A DNA stretch of 64,000 nt. Source: Octopus vulgaris (lineage: Eukaryota). The translations under genes and the position numbers were made by a program. Of the stretch, positions 62,301 through 64,000 are shown in pieces; positions within the stretch are counted from its first letter, which is position 1; every line of letters begins with the position of its first letter. The notes below the pieces were generated by a model. That model did no database searches, was not told the DNA's origin, and saw nothing but the letters and a program-made list of their open reading frames with translations. The stretch spans positions 140,554,001-140,618,000 of the forward strand of contig OX597816.1 of NCBI GenBank assembly GCA_951406725.2, read 5' to 3'.

Positions 62301-62375
62301 CTCACTGAGGAAATGACCAGAGACCGAGACCTTTGGAAATATTCTGTACGTGAGAAGACCAGGCAGGACAAGTGA
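59349..62375 (+). CDS. RTE LINE ORF: APE endonuclease + reverse transcriptase with inserted C4HC3 zinc finger (1008 aa; frame open from 59295)
   Basis: APE motifs TLNV, MQE, SAYAP, GDFNGH, IDY, QHRLV. RT motifs KAPGPSG, NYRGIKLL, QFGF, FVDMEKAFDRV, GVHQGSVLSP, YADD (61419-61430), FRYLG. RTE C-terminus RLRWYGHVARM...RGRGRPRKTW. Confidence 0.95.
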   Translation: MGTLNVGTLKGRSGEIVEMLERRRVDVCCMQEIRWRGGSARVLTGKEHRYKIFWAGNTDGVGGVGILIAEKWIDRVVEVIRVSDRILKIRIVLHNRLATIISAYAPQPGLPDGQKDSFYDTLLQTTSSTNDRDLLFVAGDFNGHVGRHAGGFHGVHGGYGYGSRNEEGTRLLEFCDANSLMVCNTNFRKPTSHLVTYRSGRHTSQIDYILARKRERWLLKNAKTFPGEECTPQHRLVVSDFRIRTKRATRRRPTWRRRVWKLKAPANGQRFRDMLLEAFDEVEGGIATHGVEDNWTFLRDNLLKAADQICGWCKVPLRPKITWWWNNIVDRAIRQKKQAWKAWKNGGSREGYQTARREARRQVYLARGEADKRKFANVLRREDERLEVFRVARQCVRENRDVVGEKCVRMEDGSLALNEDAKREAWRRHYERLLNEENEWDKESLPNVDPTEGPAIRVDSSVVAKAIRSMKTGKAPGPSGITAEMLKISGSVGYNLVTRIVNQVIHEGVIPNDWCSSILVNCYKGKGDALDTNNYRGIKLLDQVMKVTERVIAQLIRERVSLDEMQFGFVPGKSTTDAIFLVRQLQEKYLAKDKPLYLAFVDMEKAFDRVPRSLIWWSMRKLGIDEWLVRTVQAMYRDAVSKVRVGNMYTEEFKVEVGVHQGSVLSPLLFIIVLQAITEEFKTGCPWELLYADDLALIAESLSELEEKFQVWKEGLESRGLRVNLAKTKVLISRKVDNPQISSGRWPCSICRKGVGRNSIRCTQCKLWTHKRCSNVKGRLTGKIVFVCGRCSGALTSENLQKTTSVTFQGEKLEVVDSFRYLGDQVSSGGGCAESVTARIRIAWAKFRELLPLLVTKGLSLRVKGRLYDACVRTAMLHGSETWAVTAEDMRKLVRNEASMLRWMCNVSVHTRQSVSTLREMLYLRSISCGVQERRLRWYGHVARMDEDRCVRKCQSLAVEGTRGRGRPRKTWDEVVKHDLRTLGLTEEMTRDRDLWKYSVREKTRQDK

Positions 62376-62459
62376 GCCCAGCCCACTTATGAATGCCTTT
62401 CCTCCCTTGGACACAAAGACCGGTTGAGGCAAGCGAAGTCGATATAGAACCTCATCCGA

Positions 62460-62912
62460 CGACAGACACCCATGCCAACCCCCCATGCTTGCGAAGACAT
62501 GTTGGGGCAAGCGAAATCGAAATCGAAACCGAATTGAACCAGCTAGGATCCCTGGCCTGGTGGTACGTAAAAAGCACTATCCGACTCGTGGCCGTGGCAC
62601 GTAAAATACTCCAATGCGACCGTACGACAGGCACCCATGCCAACCCCCTTTGCTTGTGAAGACATGTTGGGGCAAGCGAAATCGAAATCGAATTGAACCA
62701 GCCAGGATCCCTGGTCTGATGGTACGTAAAAAGCACTATCCGACTCGTGGCCGTGGCACGTAAAATACTCCAATGCGACCGTACGACAGGCACCCTTGCC
62801 AACCCCCTTTGCTTGTGAAGACATGTTGGGGCAAGCGAAATCGAAATCGAATTGAACCAGCCAGGATCCCTGGTCTGGTGGTACGTAAAAAGCACTATCC
62901 GACTCGTGGCCG
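62460..62912 (+). repeat. Tandem array of ~160-bp units (about 2.8 copies) in the RTE 3' UTR
   Basis: Units begin cgacag(a/g)caccc at 62460, 62625 and 62784 and are nearly identical. Confidence 0.92.
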
Positions 62913-63224
62913 ATGCCAGCACCGCCTCGACTGGCTTCCGTGCCGGTGGCACATAAAATACACCAATCTGACCGTGGCCGTTGCCAGCCCCGCCTGGCAC
63001 CTGTGCAGGTGGCACGTAAAAAGCACCCACTACACTCACGGAGTGGTTGGCGTTAGGAAGGGCATCCAGCTGTAGAAACATTGCCAAATTTAGACTGGAG
63101 CCTGGTGCAGCCTTCTGGCTTCCCAGAACCCCGGTCGAACCGTCCAACCCATGCTAGCATGGAGAACGGACATTAAACGACGATGATGATGATGATGATG
63201 ATATATATATATATATATATATAG

Positions 63225-63420
63225 TTAATCCAAACATAAACAAAGAGAAAATACAACAATGCAAGGACGTGGAACAAGTATAGTATTATTGGACGCTCAG
63301 GAAAGGAAAGAAAGAAGGAGGATTTAACGTTTCGAGCAGAACTCTTCATCAGAAACATAGACAAGGGAAGACGGAGAAAGAAAATCGCCACTGATACACA
63401 CACGGTCACATATTGAATGA
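63225..63420 (-). mobile_element. Penelope-like pLTR remnant with minimal hammerhead (second family)
   Basis: Minus strand 63356-63322 reads GUUU-CUGAUGA-A-GAG-uucug-CUC-GAAA-CGUU-AAAU; ends at a (TA)n tract. Confidence 0.65.
63322..63356 (-). ncRNA. Minimal type I hammerhead ribozyme motif
   Basis: Complete CUGAUGA/GAAA core; stem II GAG/CUC; palindromic ACGU stem III; stem I GUUU/AAAU. Confidence 0.7.
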
Positions 63421-63453
63421 CCAGAAGGGGGATACACACACACACACACACTA

Positions 63454-63484
<31 letters not shown>

Positions 63485-63868
63485 TATATACACAAAGGGG
63501 TGGATTTGTATGATTGTGTATAGAAGAATATATTACTCAAAGGAATTCCAACTCTGTTTTTTTATGTTTTATTTATATTCTAATATTATTAATATAGGAT
63601 ATTCATATAGGATATAGAATATATAGTAAGAAAGAAATGAAATGAAGTATTGATTGTCTATTTGAACAAATGAAATATTGAAAATTAAATATTAAATGTC
63701 TGTTCTCATTGAACTAGTATACTTTCTTGCATTTAAGCATTCATCAGGTTCAGATTGTGACAGGAATGCTTTGACTGTGGAAGTTGAAGCACTCAATGTA
63801 ATTGACTGTCCCCCTCCCCCGAAATTTCAGGCCTTGTGCCTATAGTAGAAAGGATTATTATTATTATT

Positions 63869-63907
<39 letters not shown>

Positions 63908-64000
63908 TTCTTCAAGAAGGCGGTGAGCTGGCAGAATTGTTAACATGCTGGGCCAAAATACTTAGCCTCTTTTCATCTTTCCAGGGTTGATAAAATAAGT

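Larger units (their letters stand above)
59295..63200 (+). mobile_element. RTE-clade LINE retrotransposon; near full length, slightly 5'-truncated, young
   Basis: Uninterrupted ORF; ~800-nt 3' UTR; (GAT)n tail; identical 24-nt (AT)11AG at 59271-59294 and 63201-63224 as TSD. Confidence 0.96.

Noticed and set aside
62460-62912. CRISPR-like appearance of regularly spaced repeats (also 37060-37339)
   Set aside because: Whole units repeat with no unique spacers, the context is a eukaryotic LINE 3' UTR, and there are no cas genes.
62452-63147. 231-aa minus-strand ORF and other ORFs overlapping the RTE
   Set aside because: Produced by a 159-bp (multiple of 3) tandem repeat or by antisense shadows of the real ORF; no domain motifs.

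Overview
AT-rich, microsatellite-dense eukaryotic DNA. The repeat content ((GAT)n-tailed RTE LINEs, tRNA-derived SINEs, maT mariners) points to an Octopus genome; this is an inference. I reconstructed two spliced + strand genes by hand from GT-AG sites and reading-frame phase. One is a complete 6-exon PRKRIP1 homolog (2099-10889, 166 aa). The other is the 5' part of a PLEKHM1-like RUN-domain gene, starting at 19690 and running off the window end. Introns and intergenic DNA hold many transposons: a young RTE LINE with an uninterrupted ~1000-codon ORF, a PHD-type finger inside its RT and a 24-bp target-site duplication (TSD) in a (TA)n tract (59295-63200); many truncated RTE copies; two DD37D mariners; a Buster-type hAT; an R4/Dong fragment; MITEs, SINEs and Helitron-like repeats. 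The most unusual element is a tRNA-headed, hammerhead-ribozyme-bearing, Penelope-like non-autonomous repeat. It forms a ~560-bp palindrome with a 13-bp TSD just downstream of PRKRIP1, with a second rearranged copy at ~25.9 kb. An unrelated minimal hammerhead lies at ~63.3 kb. Most short ORFs in the supplied track are spurious.
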